Origin: Mobula hypostoma
Lineage: Eukaryota
Assembly (NCBI RefSeq): GCF_963921235.1
Contig: NC_086107.1
Location: 105,402,001 to 105,466,000 of the forward strand
Length of the DNA stretch: 64,000 nucleotides
Reading direction: 5' to 3'
Positions 51,207 through 62,029 of this stretch are shown piece after piece. A program made the position numbers and the translations under genes. Every line of letters starts with the position of its first letter. Position 1 is the stretch's first letter. The notes under the pieces were generated by a model that saw only the letters and a program-made list of their open reading frames with translations, was not told the DNA's origin and searched no databases.

Positions 51207-51839
51207 CTGACCCCCACTGGGGGAACCGGTCCCACACACACACACTGACCCTCACAGGGGGACAGGTCCCACACACACACTGACCCTCACTGGGGGAACA
51301 GGTCTCACACACACTGACCCTCACTGGGGGAACAGGTCCCACACACACACTGACTCTCACTGGGGGAACAGGTCCCACACCAACTGACCCTCACTGGGGG
51401 AACAGGTCTCACACACACTGACCCTCACTGGGGGAACAGGTCACACACACACTGACCCTCACTGGGGGAACAGGTCCCACACACACACTGACGCTCACTG
51501 GGGGAACCGGTCCCACACACACACTGACTCTCACTGGGGGAACAGGTCCCACACCAACTGACCCTCACTGGGGGAACAGGTCTCACACACACTGACCCTC
51601 ACTGGGGGAACAGGTCACACACACACTGACCCTCACTGGGGGAACAGGTCCCACACACACACTGACCCTCACTGGGGGAACAGGTCACACACACACACAC
51701 ACACACTGACCCTCACTGGGGGATCAGGTCCCACACACACACACTGACCCTCACTGGGGGAACAGGTCCCACACACACACACTGACCCTCACTGGGGGAA
51801 CAGGTCACACACACACACTGACCCTCACTGGGGGAACAG
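51207..51839. repeat. ~34-38-bp minisatellite, ~18 units, with internal (CA)n length variation
   Basis: Unit ACTGACCCTCACTGGGGGAACAGGTCC(CA)n; lies in parvalbumin intron 4. Confidence 0.95.
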
Positions 51840-52099
51840 AGAGAAAAACCCTACCGTGCTCATACTCTCCTCATAAGGTATGTTCTCCAACCCAGGCAGC
51901 ATCTGGGGATAGGGAAATGAGTGCCAGCTTTGCTGACTATGCACACATCCCGTCGGCGGAAGGGCTTGGAGCTGGATGAGGTCATGGTCACCTGTTGTCC
52001 CCACTGACCGTTTGTTGCATTGGGCTCTCTTGGAGGAGGGGCTGCGGCAGGATCGAAAATGAACACAAAATGGTGAAGTGAGTTGTTTTGGAATTGCAG

Positions 52100-52290
52100 A
52101 ATTCCAGAGTCTGGTAACCTCGATGGATCAAATTTGATGAAGATATCCCCCTATGCCGATACTCTCATCCTTCGACTGAACGCCCGTAAACATCTCTGCA
52201 ATTCTTCAAATCGATCAGCACTTATCAAGCTTTATCAAATGGACTGTCACTGTGCTCGAGGTGCTGGAATTATTTAATTGCAATAAAATC
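52100..52290 (+). CDS. pvalb: Parvalbumin-like exon 5 (C-terminus and 3' UTR)
   Basis: ttgcag|AA TTC CAG AGT CTG GTA gives (E)FQSLVTSMDQI*, with TGA at 52135-52137, matching the parvalbumin EFxxLV terminus; AATAAA at 52282. Confidence 0.85.
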
Positions 52291-55200
52291 TCTTTATGAG
52301 CTCATGTTTGGCTTGGCTTTGTCCCTGCGAATAAAGAGTGGAATGTGTTATGCTGCCAACAGTGGTTTTAACCGAATGCCAAGGACAGTCCATTGACAGC
52401 AAAATAGTTTCTTTCAGAATAAGAATGAAAGAGTCAGAATCATTGAGATTGGAGTTTGCTGAATCATTTGGCTTGGCCATTCTATCAGTAATATCACACT
52501 CTCCCTACATTCCCAATTCTGCCCATGTCCAGAAATCTATCAGCCTCTGTCTTGAATGAATTCTGACTGAGTTGCAGGCAAAAATAATTTCATTCACGTA
52601 CGCAGATTCATCCACACATAAGATGCAAGAGGGACTGCAGATGCTGGAGATCGAGAGGATTACACACAATGTTCTGGAGGAGCTCAGCAGGTCAGGCAGC
52701 ATCTATGGATGGGAATAAACAGTCGATGTTTCGGGCCGACACACTTCATCAGGACTGGAAAGGAAGGGGGAAGAAGTCAGAGTGAGAAGGTGGGGGGGGG
52801 GGGAGGAAGAAAGAAAAATAAGGTGGTAGGTGATAGGTGAAATCGGGAGAGGGGGTGGGGTGAAGTAAAGAGCCAGGAAGTCGATTGGTGAAAGAGATAA
52901 AGGGCTGGAGGAGGGTGAATCTGGTAGGACAGAAAGACTATGGAAGAATGGGAAGGGGAGGAGAATTGGGCAGGTAAGGAGAGAAGGTGAAAGGGAAACA
53001 AGAATGGGAAATGGTGAAGAAGTGGGGGGGGGGGGCTCATTACCGGAGGTTCGAGAAATCAATGTTGATGCCATCAGGTTGGAGGCTATCCAGACCGAAT
53101 ATCAGGTGTTCCTCCTCCAGCCTGAGTATAGGCTCATTGTGGCAGTGGAGATCATGGGCTGATGTATTGGAATGGGAATGGAAAGTAGAATTGAAACGGG
53201 TGGCCTCCGGGAAATCCCGCTTTTTGTGGCGGACAGAAGTGAGCGTGCTTGGCGAAGCGGTCTCCCGATCTAGGGCAGGTCTCACCGATATACGGGAGGC
53301 TACACGTATATGCAAGCACGCACTTGCACACGTAGACACATACTGTACACACACGTGCACGCACGCTCGCACCTTGAACACATGCTCATACACACACCAG
53401 CATACACACGCACACCCGTGGTTAATCACGCAATACAACTGAGGCTCTATCTGTCCAAGCCCCAAACACTATATATTGCACTTGACTCCCAGAGCCTAGG
53501 GTTCACTGCTCTTCATGAAGTTTGCTTTCTAACTCAGGTGCTGCCTGTGCCATATTTGCTCCCTTGGATGGCGCCCTCGAAGTAGTCTTTCATTGGCTGT
53601 TGTCCTCTTTGGATGCAGTCAAGGCTATTAGCTGCCAGTTCTTGCTCCAACACCTCACTTCACCCTTTTATGCTGGCGGTCTCCCCTCCATCATTCAGTT
53701 GAGATGAAGAGTCCAGACCTGAAGCATTGACTGTCCATTTCCCTCCACACATGCTGCCTGACCTGCTGAGTTCCTCCAGCATCTGGTCTGTTCAAGGTTC
53801 TTCACTGTTGAGCACTAAGGCAGAGATACCGTTGCTCTGGATGGCTGAATGGGGGAGGGGGGCAGCTAGTTTACCAAGCTGCCGGAGTGACTTTCTATAA
53901 ACTTCACTTGCCTTGAACCAATTGGATGGCGAGGTGTGAGGGTCAATCTTAGTAACTTCAAAGGATAAAGACTTTGAGGGAATCTTTGACTGCAACTGTC
54001 CAAATAAGATAGGGCAGGAAACCCAAGCTCCATTCAGTCTGGCTCCCTGTTGTAGTACAGACAAAATACTGGAGGAACTCAGTAAGTCAGGCAGCATCTA
54101 TAGCAAATAAACAGTTGGGCCGAGACCCTTCGTCAGGACAGGAAGGAAGGGACAGAAGCCAGAATAAGAAGGTGGGGTGAGGGGGTTGGAGCACAAGCTG
54201 GAAGGTGATTGGTGAGGGGGAGGGGAGATGAAGTAAAGAGGTGATAGGAGGGGGCAAAGGGCTGAAGAAGGAACCTGATTGGAGAGGAAAATGGACCATG
54301 GGAGAAAGGGAAGGAGGAGGTGAAAAGCAGTGAGGGAAAGAGAAGGGGTGAGAAGGTAATCAAAATGGAGAATGGAAAAAGAGAGAAGAGGGTGAGGCAG
54401 AGTAAGTACCTTAAGATAGAGAAATCGATGTTCATGTCATCAAGTTGCAGGCTACCCGGGTGGAATATGAGGTGTTCCTCCTACAACTTGAGTCTGGTCT
54501 CTTCATGGCATTAGGGGTTGGTGACTGTGGAGGGGACGATCCCCAGAGGTGAAGTCTGTGACAGTGGCTCGATGATCATCGCTAGGATCCTGACCCAGTC
54601 CAAATGAAGTGTTTTAAGCCGAAGCATCGACTGTCCATTTCCCTCACGGACGCTGCTTGACCCTTTGAATTCCTCCAGTCTTTGTGTGCGGCTCAGACCG
54701 AATGTCAGGTTCAGTTTTTGTGGATGTGAATCTAATCAACATTGAAGGTCGATTACCCCATGATTCCCAGCTCCCTGTTCTGAGGAAAGCCACTACACCA
54801 AGATGACTTCACCTTCATTCTTGTTAATTTACATCTGCCATTGACTTTGCTCAGTCAGCTTGTCTGTCTCTTTGAAGCTTCGTTTCACAATCCATATAGT
54901 TCAGATTGTGTTTCTGAATTCCTTTTGGACTGGTTCCTTAGAATAAATGACGCACAATACATACTCAGTGGCCACTTCATTATTACCTAATAAACTGGCC
55001 ACTGCTTGTTAATGTAATGATCTAATCAGCCAATGATGTTCTGTACACCTGCTTTTTGATGCAATTATCTGATCAGCCAATCATTTGGTAGCAACTCAAT
55101 GCATAAAAGCATGCAGACATGGTCAGGAGGTTCAGTTGTTGTTTAGACCAAGCATCAGAATGGGGAAGAAATGGGATTTAAGCAGAATGGTTGTTGGTGC

Positions 55201-55549
55201 CAAACAGGGTGGTTTAAGCATTTCAGAAACTGCCGATCTCCTGGGGATTTTCACACTACAGTCTCTAGAGTTTACAAAGAACGGTGCAAAAAACAAAAAA
55301 AAAAAAAAAAATCCAGTGCGGGGCAGTTCTGTGGGCAAAAACACCTTTTTAATGAGGGGTCAGAGAACGGCCAGTCTGTTTCAAGCTGACAGCAGCTCAG
55401 ATAACGTTACAATAGCCGTATACAAAAGAAAATCTCTGAATACACAACATGCCGAACATTGAAGAAGATGGGCTACAGCAGCAGACGACCATCAACATTA
55501 TTTGGTACGTAATGAAGTGGTCACTGAGTGCATAGTTTTTGTTGATAGC

Positions 55550-57182
55550 AAGATTTTTTTTTCTTCCTCATGGTGGGGTTGTCCAAAGCAAGAAAGCCTA
55601 AGGTGAGAGATGGGAGGTGAAGAGGAGATCTGGGATGCTATCACACGGAGAGTAGTAGGAATCTGATATCCGGTGCCTGAGAAGCTGGTGAAGGCAGATT
55701 CATCTTTTAAACTCTTTAACAGATATTTAGGCAGTCACTTGAATAATCATGGCATAGAAAACCATAAACTAAATGTGGGTAAATGCGAGCAGCACAGAAA
55801 AATAATTTGTCAGCGTTGATATGGTGGACCAACAATCTATCTTCTCTGTAGGGCACTGTGTGGATAAATAGGGTAAAGCTCTCAAGCTGCTTAATCGTTT
55901 TAGAGATCTCTTGATCTTTCCTACCAAAGTGATCATAAGCCTTGTCTAAGAATCCTTTTCCTCCTACTACTGGAAAAACAATAGGGAGAGCAGTTATATT
56001 GAGTAAATAGCAAACAAGGGTGAAGACCGTGGCCAATGTTACATGAAGATGGAGTTTAACCCAGATAAATGTGAGGTGTTGCACCCCAGTAGGGCAAATT
56101 CAGGGAGACAGTACACCGTTAAGGGCAAGATCCTTAAGTGTTGCTGATCAGAGATCTTGGGATCCAAGTTCATAGCTCCTTGGAAGTGCCTACACAGGTC
56201 CATAGGGCAGTTAAGAAGGCTTATGGAATGCTTGCTTTTGTTGGTCAAGGCATAGAGTTCAAAAGTCAAAGAGGTTATGTTGCAACTTTATAAACATCTG
56301 GTTAGGCCACAGTTTACGAATAAGGGGTAGACAATTTAGAACGGAGTTGCGGAAAAACTTTTTCACACAGAGGGTTGTGGTTCTGTGGAATGCTCTGCCT
56401 CAGAAGGCAGTGGAGGCCAATTCTCTGGATTCTTTCAAGAAAGAGTTAGATAGAGCTCTGAAAGATAGCGGAGTGAAGGAATATGGGGAGAAGGCAGGAA
56501 AAGGGTAGTGATTGTGGATGATGAGTCATGATCACAGTGAATGGTGGTGCTGGCTCGAAGGGCTGAATGGCCTACTCCTGCACCTATTGTCTATTGCCAC
56601 AAACTAAATGTGGGTAAATGGGAGCAGCACAGAAATTTGTCAGCATTGATATGGTGGACCAACAAACTATCTTCTCTGTATTGCACACAGTGCTGGTTGC
56701 CCCGCTACAGGAAGGATGTTGAGGTTTTGGAGAGGGTGCAGAAGAGGCTTACCAAGACGCTGCCTGGTTTAGAGGGCATGTGCTATCATGAGAGGCTGGA
56801 TAAACTTGAGTTGTTTTCTCTAGCGCGGCAGAAGCTGAGGGGAGATCCGAATGAGGTTTATAAGATTATGAAAGGCATAGACAGACAGGGAGTATTTGTT
56901 TCCCGGGGTTGAAATGTCTAAAACCTAAGGGCATGCATTGGGGGGGGGGGTGGATGTGAGAGGTAAGTTTTTTACTCTGAGAGTCGCAGATGCCTGGAAT
57001 GCGCTGCTAGTGGCAAATACTTTGGAGGCTTTTAAGAGACGTTTAGATAGGCACATGAATGTGAGGAAGATAGAAGGATATGGATATTGTGTAGGTAGGA
57101 GGGATTAGTTTTTTTATTTACTTTTTAGCTGGTTTGGCACACTGTGGGACGAAGGGCCTGTTCCTGTTCTATGTTCTATGAA
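55550..57182 (+). mobile_element. Cluster of nested CR1 3' fragments
   Basis: LERVQKRLTKTLPGL..RGDPNEVYKIM, repeated FFTQRV-type segments and a (TTCTATG)n tail. Confidence 0.8.
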
Positions 57183-59983
57183 GTGCCTGGACCAAGTGTG
57201 TCCGTCCCAGGTCAGGGTGGGAGCGCCCAGAATGGAAACGGCACTGAGCTGGGCTGCCCACTGGTCTATACATTAAGCCAGCCCCATCAGACAGTTTGTG
57301 AGAATGTCGCAAGTGTGCGGGCTGCTCGATCGGCTGGGTCTCCCACATGCAGGAGGCGCTCTCATACTGCGTGGGCTTTCGAGTGCACGTTTTTCGTCCC
57401 GGCGGCCCCGCCTAGTCACTCCTGCATCGTAAGTCACCCAGTGTCTACAGCAGCTAACACGACTCAGCAAAACGTTTAACCACACCGCTCCATTGCCATT
57501 CCTCCTCAGCGCATAAGTAACATTAAGGAACTTCAAAATAAATTTTATTTCAACGTTTTTAAGATGCTGCAGTAAAAGAGTACATTGGAGTACATTGGAT
57601 AGAATGGAATAATTGGTTATTTTTCAGCAAGCACAATAACAACAGGATCTGGCACTTACACTGTTAACATAATCGCCAACATGACTAAATCAATAGGATT
57701 GGGAGAGCTAATCAAAGGTCACTATTCATTCTGGATCTTAACCAAGAACTGTTCATTGGAAGCCCAACACTGGAATCAGGTGTAAAGCTCGACAATACAG
57801 TCAACTCCCTATGGAATTTCCTTGATCTTCAAGCCTATGATTTTACTGATTTTTGTTGATTTCTCAAAAGGTAATCAGAACAAATTCTTAAGCTTTTGTT
57901 TTTGGATTTGTTTACATTTTTTCTACTTAAGAAGCATTTCTTTACTATGCTTGTTAAACACTAGATACCATATATAACAAGCAAAAACTTTTCCTTTACC
58001 CTCAATAAATCATCACTAAAATAATCGTCTTTATTAATGTATTATTTACTGCTTATAACAAAGTCATCACCAAAGCTCTCCGCGTTAGTTCCCAATGAGT
58101 AATTTTCGTTAATGATCTGTTCTACTTGGAGTTACAGCACAGTAATGAGGCCCTTTGGCCCATCGAGCCTGTGCTGCCCAATTACACCCATGTGATCAAC
58201 TAACCTACTAACCCACGTTCTTGGAATGTGGGAGGAAACCCACGCGGGCACGGGGAAAACATACAAGCTGATTACAGAGAGCAGTCCAGACAAAACATGG
58301 TCCATGTCTCATCCTCAACTGTTTGGTAACACGGTGGTGGGGGGGGGAAACAATCTCAACAGTAAACAGATGGTAGAGATCAAAAAGCAGATAGAGTGCA
58401 GTTTTAAGCTGGTAATGGTAAGTTTTCACCCCGCCACGCCCGAACGTGAGAGGAGGGTTGGGCAGGGAGCTAGCAACCCCACCTGTAAAGACCCAAAGCT
58501 ACAGCAGAACCAACATTAGCTCCAAAGACCTCATCCCCGGGAGAGAAAGGATCTTCACCTCGAAGGCGTATGAAGTCGTGTGGTGAAAGGGGAAGCCACA
58601 TGGCCCATCAACCTTTTGCCCAGGACAGAGGAGCTGCTGTCGGGTGGCCTATACTCCAGCATGGGTGTTGGCCTTAAGAATAAAAAGAAGCAAGTTATAT
58701 TTTAAAATAAACGGGAGGCACAAGAGCCAACAAATGCTGGAAACTGCAGAGGCGAAAAGTCTGCTGGAGGAATGCTAGCGTTGTCTCCTCGGGTGCAAGG
58801 ACCATGCTTGGAATGTTTCAGGCAGTATGAAATATTAGCGTCAAATTCGCCCCAAGAGTGAAAAGTGAAACTTGCTCCACTCTGACAAAGGCCCAGAACC
58901 AGAAGAACACCGTCAATATAGCTGGATCCATTTCAGTCACGTGCGCCAACCCCATTTCTGACACTGTGTGCCAACCATGTCAAATGAGGGACACTGTTGT
59001 TGTTTTGTACCACTGTGCTTACTAACTGATCTGAGATCTCTCAAGTGTATTTCATGTGACGTAGAAATGACTGGAGCACAAAGACCCTGCAAATCATTGG
59101 GGGACGTGAGGAAGTGGAACAAACGCATTTGGGATAATAAATCAGCCATGATGGTATGGTGGAGCACACTCAATGGGCCAAATGGCCTGATTATGGTCTA
59201 AATGGAGTCCAGATCTAAGTCTGTGGGGTCATGGTGAGATGATGGTGCCCGTTAGAAAGAGACATCAATGAAAAATGTTGGCGGATTTTGCCTGCCAGAA
59301 CTCTTTATGTCATGCTTTGGAATGTTAATCTTTTTGGAATGGTTTATGTACAGATAGTTGCCACTTTATTGGGTATTCCTGCTTGTTAATGCAAATATCT
59401 AATCAGCCAATCACGTGGCAGCAGCGCAATGCACAAAAGCATGCAGACGTGGTCAAGAGGTTCAGTTGGTGTTCAGACCAAACATCAGAATAGGGAACAA
59501 AAGCGGACCGTGGAATGATTGTCGGTGCCAGCCAGGGCAGTTTGAGCACCTCCTGTGATTTTCACGCACAACAGTCTCTAGAGTTTACCGGGAATGGTGC
59601 AACAAAAAAAAACATCCAGTGAGTAGCAGTTCTGTGGGTGAAAACGCCTTGTTAATGAGAGAGGTCAGAGGAGAATGGGCAGACTGGTTCAAGGTGACAA
59701 GAAGGAGACAGTAACTCAGCTAACCATGCATTACAGCAGTGGTGTGCAAAAGAGCATCTCTGAACACACACCACATCCGACCTTGCAGTGGATGGGGCGA
59801 CAGCAGTAAAAGGCCACGAACATACCTAATAAAGTGGCCACCGCGTGTATGTACAGGTTGCACTGAACTAGACTCAAACTACATTGTGGGTTTTAAGTAC
59901 CGCCTTCCCTTGCCCCCGAAGCACCTCCCCTCATTATGCAGGGCATAAGGAGGTTGTGCTCACTCTGAACCCCTGCTCTGAAG

Positions 59984-61960
59984 CTAAGAGAAGTCAAGTT
60001 TGTACAATGAAACAAACCCATTGCCTTGAGTGACGATGAGGCTGTTATCATCGTTAACAGTAATGACACGAGGTTTGTGAAGTCCATTTCCTGTGTTCAA
60101 CAGCTCCTCCCTAAAAGTTCCATCTGACCAAAATAAAAGGATTCTATTTCGCTCAGTGACCAGGATATTGTCATTTACATCCGTGCAAATGCTATACGGT
60201 TTTATTGCACAATCCAGCCCGTTCAAAGTGATCTGCTCACAGACAGTGAGGACCACCCCGTCCCTGTCGAATATGACAATACATTTCTTCCCACTGTCGG
60301 CTACGATGAACTCCTCCGAAGAGTTGATCGCCAGGAAAAGAAACCTGACGCCTTCGTAGCCGTGCGGCTTGACCCTGCTGACCACGTGCCCGTCGACATC
60401 GTAGAGAGACAGGGAGCACAAGGCCCCCTCGCTCACCGCCACATACTCGTCTTCGTAGGCAGCGATGGGGTAACTGGACTCAGAACCACGCAGGAAGAGC
60501 TTCCTCAGAAAACCTCCGTCCAGCTCCAGAAAGTAGAGTTTGTTCCCCGCCGAGCAGGCAATAGTGTCGTCGCACACAGCAATGCTGCACGGGTCGTCGT
60601 CGTCATCGGGCAGCGAGATAGTCTGAATAAGGTGTCCAGCGTCCGTGAAGCATTTCAGACTGGAGTTCTCTTCATCCACGACGATGATGGTTCCATCGCG
60701 GGCAACGCTAACACCAGTCAACTTGGGATCGTACTCTTCGTGCGACAGCTCAGTGTTGAAGCTGAACATGTTCCGCACCTTTTGCTTGGGTTGAGGAACC
60801 GGAACGCTCGCCTGACGAGAATTGCCTGGACTCCTATGCTGCTCTGTTCTGGCTGGAGTAGTTTGGGCCCTAGGAATGGATTCATCCTCGAACGTGATGC
60901 TGAATAGGTTCGATTGAAAAATTTCTTTCTTTACTGATTCATTGACCTTTAGGCTGGGACTGGTTTTCTCTCCCGTGGGCACCTTCAGTGCTTGGACAGC
61001 GTTAACATGCTCTTCTACAATGGACTTCAGGCACACTATCTCTCTCGCCTGGCCAGACTGCAGGATGCGCTCGGCAAACTCCCTGGTCCCTTCCGCCTTC
61101 TTTATCTGGTGCTGAAGGTCCGCCTTGGCATTCCTGTACAACTCCTCCTGTTCCCTGACGTAATCGGCGAGGGTGGCCTTGACGGCGTCGCCTTGCTTGA
61201 TCAGGTTGTTTATGGCCTCTGTCAGGGTACTTTCGATCATTGACATCAGGGAGCACTCTGTAGCTTTCAGCCTGTTCCCTGCATCGCTGAGGCTGTCCTC
61301 CTGCTGGGCCAGTGACTGAAGCTCAGTATTCAGTCTTCCAATGAGCTTCGTCACTAAGGGTCTCGCGGTTTCCACTGCTCTAGCCACTGGCGTTTTTCTA
61401 TGCTGGGCATGAGAGCTCAAGCAACTGGTACAGATGGTGCTGCTGCAGGTGTTACAGAAGTAATCCACCAGCATTCTGGGATGTTGTTGGCAGTACACCT
61501 TCTTCTGCATCTTCACCTCGGCCTCACAGGGGCCCGAGCTGAATCCCGGCAGGCTCTTCAACACGTGGCCCGGGTTGCCCGCCATGTGCCTGACCTTGCA
61601 AGAGGGGCAGAGGTGAACGGAGCAGGTCTTGCACTGAGCTGCCGCAGAAGGCCTGTTCTTCCCCGCCGTGGCGCACAGGCCGCAGGCCGCCTCCTCGCTC
61701 TCCTGCGTCTGGAAGAGGTCCATAAGGCTGTTGATGTGAAAGTTGGTCTTTAGCTGGCTGACGCCGCCGCTCACGTCCACCTCGTCCCTGCACTCGGGAC
61801 AACGGATCCTTCTGTTTCTACTCACCATGCTTTCCAGGCAGTCAAAGCAATAGGTGTGGGCGCAGGGCAACATCTTCGGTTGCTTAAACCTATTAAAGCA
61901 GATCTTGCAGTTTAAAATATCATTTTGGATTTGATCTGCAATGGCTGATGATGTCGCCAT
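59984..61960 (-). CDS. TRIM-family E3 ubiquitin ligase (RING, two B-boxes, coiled coil, NHL-like beta-propeller), TRIM56-like, 658 aa, single coding exon
   Basis: Uninterrupted 658-aa ORF. C3HC4 RING at C18-C57 (CKIC..PCAHTYCFDC..CPEC), B-box1 (CGLC..CKTC..CPSC..H..H) and B-box2 (CQQH..FCNTC..CTSC..HAQH). These are followed by a helical coiled coil, a P/Q-rich linker and NHL-like repeats (GVSVARDGTIIVVD, PYSICTDVNDNILVTE, KPRVITVNDD). Kozak context atcATGG; splice acceptor (tctgtttcag|) 14 nt upstream of the ATG. Confidence 0.93.
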   Translation of the reverse strand: MATSSAIADQIQNDILNCKICFNRFKQPKMLPCAHTYCFDCLESMVSRNRRIRCPECRDEVDVSGGVSQLKTNFHINSLMDLFQTQESEEAACGLCATAGKNRPSAAAQCKTCSVHLCPSCKVRHMAGNPGHVLKSLPGFSSGPCEAEVKMQKKVYCQQHPRMLVDYFCNTCSSTICTSCLSSHAQHRKTPVARAVETARPLVTKLIGRLNTELQSLAQQEDSLSDAGNRLKATECSLMSMIESTLTEAINNLIKQGDAVKATLADYVREQEELYRNAKADLQHQIKKAEGTREFAERILQSGQAREIVCLKSIVEEHVNAVQALKVPTGEKTSPSLKVNESVKKEIFQSNLFSITFEDESIPRAQTTPARTEQHRSPGNSRQASVPVPQPKQKVRNMFSFNTELSHEEYDPKLTGVSVARDGTIIVVDEENSSLKCFTDAGHLIQTISLPDDDDDPCSIAVCDDTIACSAGNKLYFLELDGGFLRKLFLRGSESSYPIAAYEDEYVAVSEGALCSLSLYDVDGHVVSRVKPHGYEGVRFLFLAINSSEEFIVADSGKKCIVIFDRDGVVLTVCEQITLNGLDCAIKPYSICTDVNDNILVTERNRILLFWSDGTFREELLNTGNGLHKPRVITVNDDNSLIVTQGNGFVSLYKLDFS

Positions 61961-62029
61961 GATGAAAGCACAGCCTGAAACAGACGAGAACAGATGTTTG
62001 GTTATATAAAGCTGAGATGGCTTAGGTGA

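Larger units (their letters stand above)
41161..52290 (+). pseudogene. pvalb: Parvalbumin/oncomodulin-like gene, five exons, apparently disabled
   Basis: TATA at 41161; non-coding exon 1 to 41244|gtaagt; exon 2 from 42236 with ATG at 42243 (MSITDF..AGDVAA); exon 3 46767-46899; exon 4 51003-51111; exon 5 from 52100 with stop at 52135-52137; AATAAA at 52282. Lesions: 1-nt deletion in exon 4, no GT at the expected exon-2 donor, KKFF changed to KKFS. Confidence 0.85.

Noticed and set aside
50997..51248. 83-aa ORF MKALPSVFLPASRELSDAET... as a standalone EF-hand gene
   Set aside because: It is the post-frameshift frame of parvalbumin exon 4 running into the intron; it starts at TTG and its N-terminus is out-of-frame sequence.
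51207..51839. CRISPR-like repeat array
   Set aside because: Inter-repeat sequence is only variable (CA)n, not unique spacers.
51979..51993. Estrogen-response-element-like AGGTCAtggTCACCT in parvalbumin intron 4
   Set aside because: One mismatch, single occurrence and no supporting context; chance cannot be excluded in 64 kb.
60093..61802. Several overlapping or antisense ORFs within the TRIM gene
   Set aside because: No recognisable domains; expected by-products of a GC-rich coding sequence.
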